NCBI GenBank assembly: GCA_051362555.1
Contig: CM120644.1
Span: forward strand, 6,270,954-6,334,953
DNA length: 64,000 nucleotides
Direction of reading: 5' to 3'
Origin: Lingula anatina
Lineage: Eukaryota > Animalia > Brachiopoda
Shown: positions 1-12,400 of the stretch, one piece after another
How the letters are laid out: every line of letters begins with the position of its first letter
How positions within the stretch are numbered: the first letter of the stretch is position 1
The notes under the pieces: model-generated
What the model was told of the DNA's origin: nothing
The model's input: only the letters and a program-made list of their open reading frames with translations
Databases searched by the model: none
Position numbers and translations under genes: made by a program

Positions 1-59
1 AGGGGGAAGGGCCCCCAGGGTTCTTCCTTTGTAGTTTAAGGGATCATTTTTAATTTTAT

Positions 60-1092
60 TGAAAAAGAAAGATTCTGGCTTTTCAGAATCGTTTTTTAAA
101 AAAAGACACATTTCATTGACCGCTACCGTCTCGGTCTCAGCGCACGGCGAGAAGAGATCGTATAACACCCTTTCCAACTTCCGCAGAGAAGGTTACCTGG
201 TCACGGTAGACTTTAATCGCGCGTTGCCTCTACTCTGTCCACTCCTGTTTCTCCCCGTAAAAAACTATTCTGGCTTCTTAGAATCGTTTTTGAAGAACGA
301 AACTAGTTTCTGGTTGCCAGAATCGTTTTTTTAAAAAACGACACTGGTTTCTCGGCATCTAACCCAACCTAACCCTCAACCCCGCCTTCTCCCAAAAACC
401 TAAACACCCTGCAAGGCTTCCGCAGTGAAGGCTACTTGTGCACTGTAGACGCTTATCAGAGGGCGTCTCCGTCTCACCACACGGCGCTGAGAGTTCGTAA
501 CACATTGCCCGGCTTCCGAGATGAGAGTTACCTGGTTGCGGTAGCATGCCGGTTGCCTTTCCCTCTGTCCACCCCTTACCTGTTTTTCTTTGCAAAAACA
601 ATTCTGGCTTCTCTCAGAATCGTTTTTGAAAAGCGACACTACTTTCTAGTTGCCGGAATCGTTTTTCGAAAAACGACACTGGTCTCTGGGCATCAGAATC
701 GTTTTTGAAAAATTCAATAAAATTAAAAATTATACTTCACTAGGTTCAAACTACCTAGTGAGATCCCGGGGAGTGGTGGGGCTTTCCCCCCTCATCCCCC
801 CCCCCCCCTCTAACCCCACCTAAACAATAGTTCAGCGGTGATTGCTACCTGTACGCCGTAGGAGATAACCGACTACCGTCTCGGTCTCAGCGCACGGTGA
901 GGAGAGGCTTCCACGGTGAGGGTTTAACTGGTCGCGGTAGAAAATAATATTCACAGGTTGCCTCTCACTTCCTCCGCCCCTGTTTCTCTTTGCAAGAACG
1001 ATTTTGGCTTCTCAGAATCTTTTTTGAAAAACGACACTAGTTTCTGGCTGCCAGAATAGTTTTTCGAAAAACGACTTTTTGAAAAACGAAAC
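60..1092. repeat. Complex tandem repeat: three ~330-400 bp units, each with ~35-bp palindromic subrepeats; probably TE-derived
   Basis: Recurring gattctggcttctcagaatcgtttttgaaaaacgacactagtttctggttgccagaatc blocks; ctaccgtctcggtctcagcgcacgg at ~124 and ~874; ttacctggt(c/t)(a/g)cggtag-like motif at ~194, ~528 and ~925. Confidence 0.75.
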
Positions 1093-1157
1093 TTCAGCGC
1101 TCTATTTGACACTGCATACACTATTTGACATTTCCAAATTAAACTGAATAAAACAAA

Positions 1158-1443
1158 ACTTGTTCCTGTGCTCACATGAATTGAAATTCCAATATTGTAA
1201 CAGCCAGATAGACAACATGTTATTTTTAACAGTATGTGATGTTTTTATGCTATTATTAATATATTAATTATATAGAACAGCCCTTGAGATTACATGCTTA
1301 CAAGCATAAAGAGCAAAATTGCAAGTGTTAGAATACATTTACTGTACTAAATAATTTAGATAAGATACATCGTATTGATTATCAAATGTTTATGTTGCAT
1401 TTACAATATTAGAATTTCAATTTATGTGAGCACAGGAACAAGT
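1158..1443. mobile_element. MITE with 43-bp terminal inverted repeats
   Basis: acttgttcctgtgctcacatgaattgaaattccaatattgtaa (1158-1200) is the reverse complement of 1401-1443 with 2 mismatches. Confidence 0.75.
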
Positions 1444-1714
1444 AACGATATATCCCCAGGCTTCAATACTCTCAACATCAATACCCTCCCCCCCCCCCCT
1501 CTCAATACACACACACACACACACAGCATAGAATATGCAACATTCACAACAGATTATCTGATATTAAAACTTTTCTGTAATACAATGTTTTCAAAAGTGC
1601 GCTTTTCCTGGACCCAAAAGTGACACATTATTATAAATGCCTTGAGAAAATAAGGAAACAATCACATAATCGTTCTGTGGGTTTTCGCGGCTTTTCCAAG
1701 ACGTCCGCGCCGAA

Positions 1715-1864
1715 AGCGCCATCTATTTCCGTTGTGTCGAGAAGTTAATGTGTTGTGTTGCGATTTTCTTTGGTGTTGTGTCGAAAAGTTAAATGTGTCG
1801 TGTTGAAATTGTGTTGTGTGTTGAGTGATTTTGTTGTGTGTTGTGGCACTTATACGCTTCCATA
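1715..1864. mobile_element. Single end of a TIR DNA transposon with (tgtgt/tgtgttg)-type subterminal repeats
   Basis: gcgccatct followed by an array of gtgttgtgt(c/t)g and ending ...cgcttccata; same layout as the ends of the 8939-12460 element; no partner end seen. Confidence 0.4.
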
Positions 1865-2370
1865 GAGGCCGTCTTCTGGGTCTTTCAGATTTTAAAGTTC
1901 ACATTGATGGGTATCTGTTTTTTCTGTTGGAAGACCATCAAAAATGTAGGATGGATCAACAAAGATAATTTGGAATACTGTCAGAAAATATCTCTGGATC
2001 CGCTCCTGTGATTGACGATGTCACCTGTTGTGCATTATTAAAATTCAGTGTTGATTGACAGTGCTATTATAGGCATGATTTATGGCATCAAAATTGACAG
2101 AATGAACTATTTTCTGCATTTTTATTTTCTGTTTTTGTCTGTACATTTGACAGCTTTGCTGCCTTGTTTTTTAATTGCTCTTTCAAGCAAGGTCTGTCGC
2201 ACCTAACACTATGTCAGACTGTGGGTGCATTTTCTGTGGGCCTACGGTCTACCCAACTTAAAGCTTCCAACAGTCATCGCGATCCGAGCCTGATCGCGAT
2301 TACAGTCATTACACCACGAGAAAAGCAATCATCTTATGCAAAACGCCATCAGCGGTGTGCGTGGTAGTGG

Positions 2371-2506
2371 AGACTGTTATTGACACGCTCACACGCACGC
2401 ACGCACGCACACACACACAGAGAAAGGGAGAGAGAGAGAGAGAGAGCAAGGAAGGAAGGTGTGCGTGACAGCGTAGACTGTTATTAACACGCGCACACGG
2501 ACGCAC

Positions 2507-2538
<32 letters not shown>

Positions 2539-2546
2539 CAAGGAAG
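2371..2546. repeat. Duplicated compound microsatellite block (GCAC)n/(GA)n
   Basis: agactgttatt..cacgc..(ga)n gcaaggaagg occurs twice about 104 bp apart. Confidence 0.8.
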
Positions 2547-2898
2547 GGGATAACAATAAAATGAATTTGCTTCCTACTGTTAGTAAAATGCTCTGGTAGT
2601 TGAATATGATTCAGGAATACCTATTTCTATTCGCCCAAAAAAGGCGTCTTTATCGAGTGTCTCAGGGACAACAGCACAATCACAGCTAATGCAATGTAAG
2701 CAATTATGACGTCAACTTTTGAATCAGGGTTCAGAGCTGATAACACAGACGTAATATATAACTCTCTGGCGAATAAAATAATCACTTAAATATGTATTTT
2801 GCCTCTCCTTTGTCGGTCAACGTATGTATTTGTGGTACTACGGGCTACGGGCCTGAATGCCCTCAAAAGATATCAAAACCATACCTTTTGAGGGCATT

Positions 2899-3066
2899 CA
2901 GGCCCGTAGCCCGGGGAGGTGTTCGGGGGTTCAAAAGAACCTCCCTTTTTGCTAGGAAAAGGTCCACTCGAGGTAAATTTTATCTCGGTAAACTAAGGTT
3001 TGACGACAAAAGGTCCACATTTTCACACAAACAACCCTCCTTTTGCAACTGCTGGCTACGGGCCTG
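2899..3066. mobile_element. Short hAT-like MITE
   Basis: TIRs caggcccgtagcc / ggctacgggcctg; no clear TSD. Confidence 0.6.
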
Positions 3067-3229
3067 ACATTCACATTGTTTGCATGTATTCCATCGTGAT
3101 CAATTAGACAGTCAGGAAATCAAAGAGAGAGAGAGGCCTAGGGAAGAGAGATCTAGAAGAAGTCGTGGCCACGAAGAAAATATCTGATTCTTTGAGAATA
3201 TAAAATGCACACAAGACAAAACGTGATAA

Positions 3230-6200
3230 CCATATTTTCAGTCTTTAATGATAATGTAATGTTATATCAATATATACAGTTTGTGATACAGACAACAGTA
3301 GGTAACAGGAGTATTTCTATGCCTTTCATTCCAACAGCATAATACTGAAAACCTAAGGTGTATTTGCTTCAAAACAAGATCTACAGTAACCGTTTTCAAA
3401 CTTCAAACCAAATGTTAAAAATTTTAATTGAAATCTGCCTTGTTTATGCCATGAAAGGGTTGCCCTTTTCAGGGCCATTATTCATACTCTCCCATGTATT
3501 TACTGTTAGGATGTCTGTTTGCAGAGAAACCAAGTAATATATTGACTATTTGGCACCTTCAAGTTATTAAAATCTAGATAGTCATTTTTACTAGCTGACA
3601 ACCAATATGTAACTTTTTAGTCTTCTTTGACTAATTACTGTAAGTAAAGAAATGTTCAAGCAGTCCTTGTAAGATTCTCACACTATGACAACAGCCCTCT
3701 TTCCTTACTGAAACCTGTCCTTTTCTGTTTAGGACAGGAATTACCCTTTTCAGGGCCACTATCTATATTAATCTACACATTTCACTTTTAGAATGTAGCT
3801 CTTTTGAGAATCTTTGACATTGAGGTAAATAAAGAAATAATCTACTAAAAGGCATTAAACCATTTACCCTGTATACCGGATATAGTGCATCATCTTATAT
3901 TATAAACCTATTCCAGTTTTAAATTAAGATGCATAAAGTCTGATTAGTGTGTGCTTCTTTTACAACACACTTTACAGCAAATGGTACAGAACATAGAACT
4001 ATTCCAAGAAAATGAAGACATGCAGAAACAGATACAAATCTAATGATAAAATTATGTAGCTTTTATGCTATCTACCTAAATTTACGTTTCTAAAATTACA
4101 TTGAAATACAATTGATAAAAAAATACTGAATTATACATGATGTTCTGCTCAATATATGCTTTACAGTATTTCTTCACACAATTCAAACAACTCACTTATT
4201 CTGATATCTTTTTTATTTATAGTTTTTGCATTTTGATTTTCACCATAATACATTCTTAACAGGAGCGCAACTTAGTTTTTTTTCAGAATTTCTACACCTT
4301 TTGCAGACAGAATTAACAAAACGGTTTATGGTATATGTTTGTGTGACAACCTACTTACAATTTTGAACTAAAAGAGTAATAATAGCGCACAGAATACTTC
4401 CAGGGCTTTGTAACAGTTCAGTTGTCAAACAGAACTGCAGTAATAGTTATAGATATCAACCTAAATCAATGGTAATTATGTACACATGTATCTTGATGAC
4501 TAGAATTTACGCTGAGCAGACGACTTGATGCCTTTTACCTTGGAACCTGAAGGCTTCCACTTGTATTAAATGAATTTGAAAACATTTTTTATCAGAAACA
4601 CTTGGCATAACCTCATCATCGATTTTCACAATGAGAACAGATGTCATTAATACCTCTCTGTGTCAGACTGAAATAAAGTGTTGGTAAAGGCCAAAAGTTC
4701 TCATATCAAGCTTGTGTCAGTTGGAATAATGTTTGTTTTAAATGTTTTCAGAAAACACCATATACTGGCTAAAGTAGAATAGTCATCAAATGGATTGAAC
4801 TGCAAATTAATAAGAAAATACGTCTGACTTTCTATTAAAGGAACAAGCACTGTGATATAAAGATGGCTTCATATCTGTTCCTCGACTACCAGTTGTAAAA
4901 GTAAGAAACAGATCTTTTCATTCTTATGAAAAACTGTGACGTAGAAGTAATTTAAAACTTTCTGTTTAATTATATATTTTCAGTCTGACAGATGTGCTCA
5001 CAGAACCCCTGTTTAAATGGTTGTATTTGATATCAAAGTAATCAGATAATTTCCAGCACAACATTAAAATACTTTTATAAAATTTCTGTAGTTCACTGTC
5101 TGCCGATTTCTTCCTTCCGCATGGTTGACAAAGAAACCTTGATCTATGCCAGCCTGCTTCCCCCAAAGAATTTACACATACTATTTTTATTTTAAAATTT
5201 CTATTCATCTCCTCGAAAAATAAAATCTGTACAATGCCCATGTGACCTCAGTGGCAATGTTTTCAAATATATCACATTCCTATTGAGTTGAAGCAATTCG
5301 AACCCATGTAGGGATCTTTTCCAGGTTTTGGAAAGTCAATCACATGGGATTTATTACTTCCATTACTGGGATGTATTACTTCCATTTCTTCTGAACTATT
5401 TTTCATTTTCACGTGGTATAAATAATAGAATTAGTGTGTGAGCTGATGGATGGTAGTTAATAAATCCATAAATTTTACATATATTATAACAGCGGTAGGT
5501 CACATGACTTAAAAATAACATTCAGGACTGTTACTCTAAATTTCTCTGCTGAAAAATCAACATAAGACCAGAAACTGTTATCGCTGCATCCTCTGTAGTC
5601 ATGACAGCATTTGCAGTCCACATATTTTGAAACAGTTCTCGGTTTTTAGCAGTCAAAAACTCGCTGTAAATACATTTTGATCATAGTGATACTGATTCTG
5701 TTGCATCCAATTCTACATAAAATTGTTGTTACTGTAACTTCAAGAAGATTGTCATATTTCTCAAGTAAAATCTTTTAAAGATTCTGTAATGTTTTGTTGT
5801 AGCAGGAATCAGTCAACATGGACGTCATGAATTTCCGTTTCTCCGTGTATAAAACTTCCTTGGCAGACAAGGGGGAATTTCCCAGTCCAAGATTCTGTTA
5901 CGAAAGTCAAACATTCCTGCACACATTTCTCTCTTTTCTTTCCAATCTGGTACAGGAATACTTCAGTAATTCAGTCAAACTTCGAGAAATAATCCAGAGA
6001 TTGTTTTCCAGGCATGCCCTGTGCCACACACAATAAATCCAGCCATTTTTTTATCATATTTCCTGGACATTTCTAACTTCACGTGGAGAAAAATTTTAGA
6101 GTTGCAAGGCAAACCTGTTCTTCTCAGGCACATTTTCCTGTTTTTCACCAAGATTCCTGTCATTCGCAGGCAAACACTTCAATTTTATCCTACATTCATG

Positions 6201-6418
6201 TTATTTCCAGGCAAGTTTTTCTCATTTTTCACCAACGTCTGCATTATTTCCAGTCATATATTCTTTCCCCCATTTTTTCACCAAAATCACAGGCACACTT
6301 GTCAACAGTGTTTTCCTAATAAATAATGTTTATTCCTATAATGCCCCTGTGACGGCAGTATTGTGGTGGAGGAGGGAAATTCAGTAACAATATTCAGTTT
6401 TCTCTAACACAATCTTGA
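3230..6418 (-). other. Probable long ARL5 3' UTR
   Basis: Follows the stop at 6419; ATTAAA on the minus strand at 3249-3244 followed by a GT-rich tract; end point is inferred. Confidence 0.4.
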
Positions 6419-9400
6419 TCACCTCTTCTTCAAGGTGTTGGCAATCCATTCTAGTCCTTGATATAAACTGAAAAGAAAAACAAGAGATAATCTTAGACTG
6501 GAGTGGTATTTAACTTCCACTTAAATTGGCCTAGCATGCAGTTCAGCTTTCAATTTAATGTGCTTTTTAATTTCTGGAACACTTCTTCATTTAAGATGTA
6601 AAATCTCTGCGTCAAAATGACAGGTGGGCTCCAAAACTTCACACTTGAACACTAACAAGTGACAGTCCATGTATAAATGTTTACTTTCAATAATTCTAAC
6701 ATTATGAATCAAATCCCTAAGTGTTAAACCTGATGATAATTTCTTTCTTTCTTTTCTTTTTTTTTAATCGAGCATCATATAATTACAGCAGCAAAAAATC
6801 TTGATACTAAGAAAGTTAAGAGAAGTCGTTGGATTTTAATGACTCCTTGCTCCTTCTCACACAACACACACACTAATTTGCTGAAGACTGGCAAAACATA
6901 ACCCAGTGTTTGATGGAAAATTTATACCCTTTTATAATAAGAAGCTCATAAGATTTAGGCTCAGTATCAAAAATATTCCAATATTTCACAGGGAACAGAA
7001 CTGTATTTTGAAAATTTATGAATCAAAGATAATGCACTACCTTCCTGCCTTTAACACTCTTCTTCTCATGCCAGATTTATATCATGCATAATGATAACTG
7101 TTGGAACAATAGCTATTTTGTGTGAAGTTTTCACCAAAAAAATTCAAGATTTGGAAAAAGATAAAAGTTCTAAAGTAATAAATGCTGTGGGCTGTAAGAA
7201 CCTTAGACTGGGTTTCCATACTTAGATCAATCCATCTGGATCGACCTAACTCCCTGGGGGTTCATGCCTACCAAATCAGCTAGGGGTAAAGATAATTACC
7301 TCCTAACAGTTTTATTAGGCGTGACAGACGTTTAAGCCGGTTAGTTTGATAGCAATTTAGTGAGACTCCCCAGGGAGATAGATCGATCCAAATATCTGTG
7401 GGAATGGTCCCTTAGTATAATATACTGACAAACTTGTAAAATGATGCATCTTTTGATAACCATTAATACACACAAAAATCCAAAAATCCCTCCAATGGGC
7501 TGTGTGTGCCTTGGTTTGTAAAATGTTAGAAGAAGAAGAAAAAATCCAGTAATATAGACCTGCTCATGTAAAGACTGGGGCCAAATTTATAAAAGAAGTT
7601 CTGGGCTGAAAGCAAGTCTAAAGTTTAAGACTCCTATTGTAGTCTTTGCTTCATGATCTTTCAATGCCAGTCACGTCAAATAAAGGGTTGCTGGTCCATT
7701 AGCATTATAAGATTGGGTTCCTATACCTAGATTGATCTTACATGATCGATCCATCTCCAAGGGGTTTCTTGCTAAATTGCTATCAGCTTAAGCGACTTAG
7801 ATGTCTGGCACGCTAACTTAAGCTGCTAAACTATAATAAATTTCCCTTTAGCAGCTTCAGTAGGCATGATAGACATCTAAGCTGATTAAGTTGATTGTTA
7901 TTTAGTAAGACTCTGCTTTGGGATAGATCGATCCACATTTAGTACGATAGGGTCTGGGAATGGTCCTTAAGACAGCGTAACTTTATAACGTAAGGGGACA
8001 AAAATGTTGTCGGCACCACCTACCCCTCTCCCGTTAATGCACAGCAAGCCTGTATGTTCCAACTGTGGTCCTTAATGGAGGTAAGATTTAACTGGCGCGA
8101 GATCTCCGCTGACGACATGGCACCTTTTACGTCTTGCTTGTTAGCGTATATTAATACTGCTGACTTCTTGAGATCCTGCAAGATAAAATATGGAAGTGAC
8201 TGTCATCTGTAAAATTTGGCTAGTTCATGTTTATATGATATTTACGTATGATATAGTGGTTACAATACCAGTCATTCGTTGTATGCAACATACAGCAGAG
8301 TAATTATACTGAGGTGCAGCCCAGATAGAAGTAGTATCATGTATGTCACACAGAGTGGATGACAAGTAATTATAACTGGCACTTTGAACAAAAGGATGTT
8401 TTGTTTGGAACCCAATGAAGCGTATAGGAATACAGGCGAAGTAAAACACAAGATTTAGTTCAATTATCTTTTGTTTTTCAGAGCACCAGCCGTGGGATAA
8501 ATATCAATACTGACTTGTTGAGATTCTGGAAGGAGAGATCAGAAATTACTGCTGCAATTAGCTGCCTGTTCACATTTGTTTAACTGTGTATTATTTCCAC
8601 TTTCACCTTAACATTGATTTAATTTTATACAGCTGAATACAACAGATACTGACAAATTGCTGATTAGTGTACTAGTATACCAAAACTGCAGGCTTATTTA
8701 ATTTCTGGAAAGAAAGTCAAGAAATGACTGCAGGAATGTGCCAGGTAAAAGCTTTCTAGTTAAAATTTACATCAAAATAAAATGCATTCAGAAATACATT
8801 TGCACTACATGAAACCTGGAAGTTTTAAATTTTTTACATTTTAAAAAATAAAAACAATTCCAGCACATGTGATTTGTGAATATATCTGATTTATATGTTT
8901 TGTCAATTAAAAATAGTTGAATATCATACTATTATTTTTATGGAGCGCCATTCACGCAAAAAATGCAGACGTCAATTCAACAATCTATCGGCACTATTTA
9001 ACAGCCAAAACCTACTTTAACTATCTAAACTTAATTCTACTAAATTAGTTGTGGTCATTTTAATCATTCATCAAAATCTAACAATCAATAATAACGATTC
9101 AAAAGTCAGTAACTGCAACTCAACAATCAGTCACCGCAACTCAACAATCAGTCACCGCAACTCAACAATGTATCAATGTATTTTTGCGTGAATGGCGTGA
9201 AAGCATGGTGCGCCATTCACGCAAAAAATACAGACGTCAAATCAACAATCTACCGGCACTATTTAACCAAAACCTACTTTAACTATCTAAACTTAATTCT
9301 ACTAAATTAGTTGTGGTCATTTTAATCATTCGTCAAAATCTAACAGTCAATAAACGATTCAAAAGTCAGTTACCGCAACTCAACAATGCATTTTTTGCGT

Positions 9401-12400
9401 GAATGGCGCGAATATGGAACGCCATTCACGCAAAAAATGCAGACGTCAATTCAACAATCTATCGGCACTATTTAACAACCAAAACCTACTTTAACTATCT
9501 AAACTTAATTCTACTAAATTAGTTTTGGTCTTTTTAATCATTCGTCAAAATCTAACAATCAATAAACGATTCAAAAGTCAATTACTGCAACTCAACAATC
9601 AGTCACCGCAACTCAACAATCAGTTATCGCAACTCAACAATCAGTTACAGCAACTCAATAATCAGTTACTGCAAACGGTCATTCGCGGACTTAACACCAG
9701 ATGGCGCGCGCGCACCGTCAGCGATCTGAAACGTCCTTGACCTTTTCCATCGTTTTAACAGTATTAAAATACGTGGTGAAACCATTCAGCTTAAATTGTG
9801 TTTTTAATCTCCAAATACTTAAAAAAATCAATAAAGCTAATCGACAAGAACCTATTATATCGTATCTTTTATATTAATTATTATTACATATCACAATAAT
9901 AAACGAGTCGCCTTTTGATGTACGCCCGGCTATAACCTCTATTAAAAAATATCAATTTTTATGAGATTCGTATTGTTTGGTTCCATAGCCTCGCTTTCAA
10001 AAATTAGAACAGGCGCTCCAAAATCGTAAGACGAAGTTAAAATTTTTATATTGGCCGAGTTCGCCACCGACTAGAATGCCTATACGTCCCCGCATCCGAT
10101 ACTCCCGCGCTTCTTTACATCACCGCACCAATACTCCCCCGCACCGATACTCCCCCGCTTCTTTACATCCCCGCATCGATACCCCCCCACTGATACTCCC
10201 GCGTACCAATACTCCACAAAAACACTACTCCCCAAAGCAAAGATTCCCTGGGCTTTGTAGACACAAATCGTGATTCAAAACCCTTTCTATTATGCTATTT
10301 TTTTCAAAGTTGCACAACCCTCTTGGGACACATAATTGACACATTTTATTCGAAATATATTGGGGAAAATAAAGGGCGTTACTCGAAGTCGATCTCAGAC
10401 TTTGCGTGCAGCTTAACAGTCCGTAGGCCTACAGCTATGCCTTGTAAATTTGAGAAATGTTTGTGCAAAATTAATATTGTTCTCCTACTGTAGTTACCGT
10501 ATTTATATTATACGCCCTTTTATTTATTTACTTAAGGCAAAGTTAGTTTTAATCTAAGATGACGCAGCTATGTCTTTTCCTCAGGCAACGATGATTTTGT
10601 TTAATTATTAAATAATAAAAAAGCAGTGCTAAAGCGCTTCGTTTTCTGTTATCTTTCTCCAACCTTCTTTTCTGCTCTTAAACTTCTTTCCCTTGTCTTT
10701 TGGAGGCATATTAGAATCTGAATTGAGCAAAATTCAAAATTTTTGAAAATTGTTGGACAACGAAATTGTAGAGACACGAGCATGCGTCGTGAGCACACCT
10801 TTTATTCTCGCAGTCCCGCCGTGTTTTCGACTTACTTCGTCATAGATGTGAGGGCGTGCGCCGTACTCAACACGCAAAGGGCACTTTCTCTTTCATTGCT
10901 TGCGACGTGCATCTTGGACCACGCAAGTCTCACTTGCAAACTCCTCGCAAACTCCTTGCGAAGGGAGCAAGTTACGCTTGCGGCCTCGCTGTTTAAAGAT
11001 TATTTAAACAGCGAGGCCGCAAGCGTAACTTGAGATTATTTGTAGAATAAAGCGTAACAAAGATTATTTGTAGAATCTATTGGAAATGTTTAGTATCCTC
11101 CGTACGTGCTTACATACGTGCGAACTCGAAATTTCGCATAAAGGACTTGCGTGGCACGTGAGATTCTCCGCAAAATTTGGACTCAAACGGGTCGTAAGAG
11201 CCCGTGCGGCCGGTTGTGACCGAGACTAATGTGTTGTCGCCCAAGATTTTTTAGGAACTTTGCGGCTTCTTTTGTATAATACCGATGCTCAATTGTAAGC
11301 AATTAAGATTTGTATGCACTGCGCAATAGCATAAAAACAACATCACCAAGGATCTCCCTGTGGCCATTATTTTTTTCACTTAGGCCCTATCTCACCAATA
11401 TCCAAAGCGTTTTTCCATTTGAAAAAAGTATTTCTTATACAATGTAGGCCGTGCTTCCGAGTCGTTGACCAATTTTTCAAATCTATATGTGAAAAAAATC
11501 GATGCAAGGTGACAGACTCTCCCATGATAGACAGTCCGGTTCCCAACAATTTGCATATAGGTAATTCAGCCCCGCCCTAGATTTTGACCCACTTTCGTCG
11601 ATTGACCCTAACCTGTAGCCTATAATTAAATGGATGGATGACTCTCCGTTACCCAGACCCTCAGTTTCGTGGAAATTGCATAGGGGGAGTAATAATGCGG
11701 GGAGTAGGGCCTATCGTTGCGGGGGAGTAACGGTGCGCGTATAGGCCTAACGGCAATTCTAGAGGGGATTTATCGATGCGGGGATCTATCGGTGTGAGGT
11801 TGTATCGACGTGCATAATGCAAAAATTTACTAAGGGGAAGTATCGGTGCGGGGGAGTATTAGTACGGGGGAGTATTGGTGCGGGGGAGTATCGGCATGAC
11901 CCCCTAGAATATCCTCACAGCATTATCTGCAATTTTTAATGTATTTTGCAATATAATTTTCATTCCTCCCGATGATTAATTTTATTAATCAAGAGTGGGG
12001 GAGGGGTGGAAAATCCCCTTGGTGCCACATATAACACTATAAATGCGAAAGGAATTACCCTATTTGTGAAGAGAAAATAAATGTATTTGTTTATTTCAAA
12101 CAGCGTACTTTTCGCGCATGCGCAGTAGTTTGAGACCTGTGCTATTCCGCATATTATTCGAGTAGGAACTACATGTGGTTCATTGCCATATCTTATTTCA
12201 GTATGATGTGATTGAACGCAATCCTACTATTATATACTTAACTATATCATGACAATACGAACACGATGAACCACATGTACTCCCATAATATGCGGAATTG
12301 AAAACATGGAAAAGGTCAAGGACGTTTCAGATCGCTGACGGTGCGCGCGCGCCATCTGGTGTTAAGTCCGCGAATGACCGTTTGCGACAACTGATTGTTG

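Noticed and set aside
9110-9670. 20-bp repeats and the QLNNQ-repeat ORF 9525-9740
   Set aside because: Subterminal repeats of the TIR element; no spacers and not a credible protein
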